DNA of 64,000 nt, taken from Pseudomonas phage vB_PaePAO1-KEN19. The position numbers and the translations under genes are program-made. The stretch lies in the sequence record PP456878.1. One strand, written 5' to 3'. The notes under the pieces are model-generated. The model had not been told where the DNA came from and searched no databases. It worked only from the letters and a program-made list of their open reading frames with translations. Below are positions 63,074 through 64,000 of the stretch, piece by piece (the stretch's first letter is position 1; each line of letters starts with the position of its first letter).

Positions 63074-63163
63074 AGTAGTTTTCCTTATACGAAAGTCTTA
63101 TCATAACAATAATGCACTTACGTCAAAAAGAGAGAACCATCATGGTTCTCTCCTATAAAAGTA

Positions 63164-63652
63164 TTAGACTTTTAGTCCACGAATATTGAAGATTATTTGA
63201 CAAGCTGCAATTATTCTATTTCTAGAAATCTTTACAGGAATTTTATAGTGATTGAGTACAGCTTTAGGATTCTCAACACTCATCAATTCTTTAAGTAATT
63301 CGTCGCTAATTTTATTATGTGTCAGGACAAAGGTTGCGACATCGTGGTCCCAGCATCGTTTTATTGCACTACAAGCACGAATATACTTCTCGGCTAATTC
63401 GGGGCTAAAATCTAATGCTTCTAGCCATCTTTTGCGACCAGCAGTGTAAATCACTCGTGTACGAGTATTCGATGGGACAGCTACAATGTAGCCTGTACCT
63501 GGTGTCCTACGTTCTTCAATAGGTCTGATATTCCAATCACCAATCGTCCTAATTAGTGTAGATAAATCATCATTAGCACCATAGTAGCCAATAGGTAAAC
63601 CTAAACTAACTTGTTTATCTATCTGGTCTACAGTTTGATGTGTAATAACCAT
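63164..63652 (-). CDS. hypothetical protein (162 aa)
   Basis: Same-strand ORF. Confidence 0.5.
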   Translation of the reverse strand: MVITHQTVDQIDKQVSLGLPIGYYGANDDLSTLIRTIGDWNIRPIEERRTPGTGYIVAVPSNTRTRVIYTAGRKRWLEALDFSPELAEKYIRACSAIKRCWDHDVATFVLTHNKISDELLKELMSVENPKAVLNHYKIPVKISRNRIIAACQIIFNIRGLKV

Positions 63653-63760
63653 TGTAGTTCTCTTCCCAATAGGGTTTTATAAACTTCCACAAGACTAAAC
63701 TCCATTATAGTCCTATCAGATTGGGTAATAAAACTTAACAAAAAAAATATTAAACATAAA

Positions 63761-63782
63761 ACCCTCTCCCGAAGGAGAGGGT
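63761..63782 (-). terminator. hairpin accctctcc-cgaa-ggagagggt
   Basis: GC hairpin. Confidence 0.55.
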
Positions 63783-63793
63783 AATATATAACT

Positions 63794-63991
63794 TTATCCA
63801 TACATTACGAAAGGTACTTCGTAAACAATTAGATAAGTATACATTAGTTTAAAACCAATGTGTAACCACTGATCTTGATTAAATGTAATTTTATTATCAC
63901 ATTTTAAATAATCAATAATGCAGTGAGAAATTGTTTCAATAAGTCCTAAAACTAATGAACCAGTAATGAAATAAACTGCGCCACCATGCAT
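63794..63991 (-). CDS. membrane protein, possibly 5'-truncated by the window edge (65 aa or more)
   Basis: Hydrophobic ORF with no in-frame stop before the window end. Confidence 0.4.
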   Translation of the reverse strand: MHGGAVYFITGSLVLGLIETISHCIIDYLKCDNKITFNQDQWLHIGFKLMYTYLIVYEVPFVMYG

Positions 63992-64000
63992 GAAGCTGTG

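Overview
This window looks like part of a large, AT-rich (roughly 35% GC by eye) lytic phage genome with a T4-like early-region layout. The taxonomic call is an inference from gene content and layout alone; no homology search was run. About 120 small to medium genes are packed almost back to back. They sit on the + strand up to ~4.2 kb, on the - strand from ~4.3 to ~57.0 kb, on the + strand for a three-gene block (57.4-61.9 kb), and on the - strand again from ~62.0 kb to the window end. Several minus-strand intergenic gaps (about ten mapped) carry the same module: a GC-rich hairpin of the gccctccccgaagggagggc type (a rho-independent terminator) followed by a conserved sigma70-like promoter, roughly TTG(T/C)AT-N18-TATATTAC. 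Genes I can recognise are: two tRNAs (Asn-GUU, Thr-UGU); a thymidylate synthase with about 200 aa of in-frame insertions; a small zinc deaminase of the cytidine/dCMP deaminase family; a Dcd-family dCTP deaminase/dUTPase-like protein; a SpoT/RelA-type HD hydrolase; a GIY-YIG mini-nuclease; a DEDDh mini-exonuclease; an SNF2-family helicase; and an ANT/KNTase-like nucleotidyltransferase. The less expected genes are: two Bcs1-like AAA+ ATPases, one with an N-terminal transmembrane anchor; an SspB-like ClpXP adaptor homologue; and a SLOG/DprA-like Rossmann protein beside the second AAA ATPase. There are also clusters of signal-peptide and membrane mini-proteins, two internal paralogue families, many unannotated small membrane peptides in the gaps, and a ~200-bp GC-rich structured non-coding island at 57.1-57.3 kb. 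I found no ribonucleotide reductase, DNA polymerase, integrase, transposase or CRISPR array. The two Bcs1-like AAA+ clusters and the SspB homologue are the best candidates for an undescribed phage-host interaction system.
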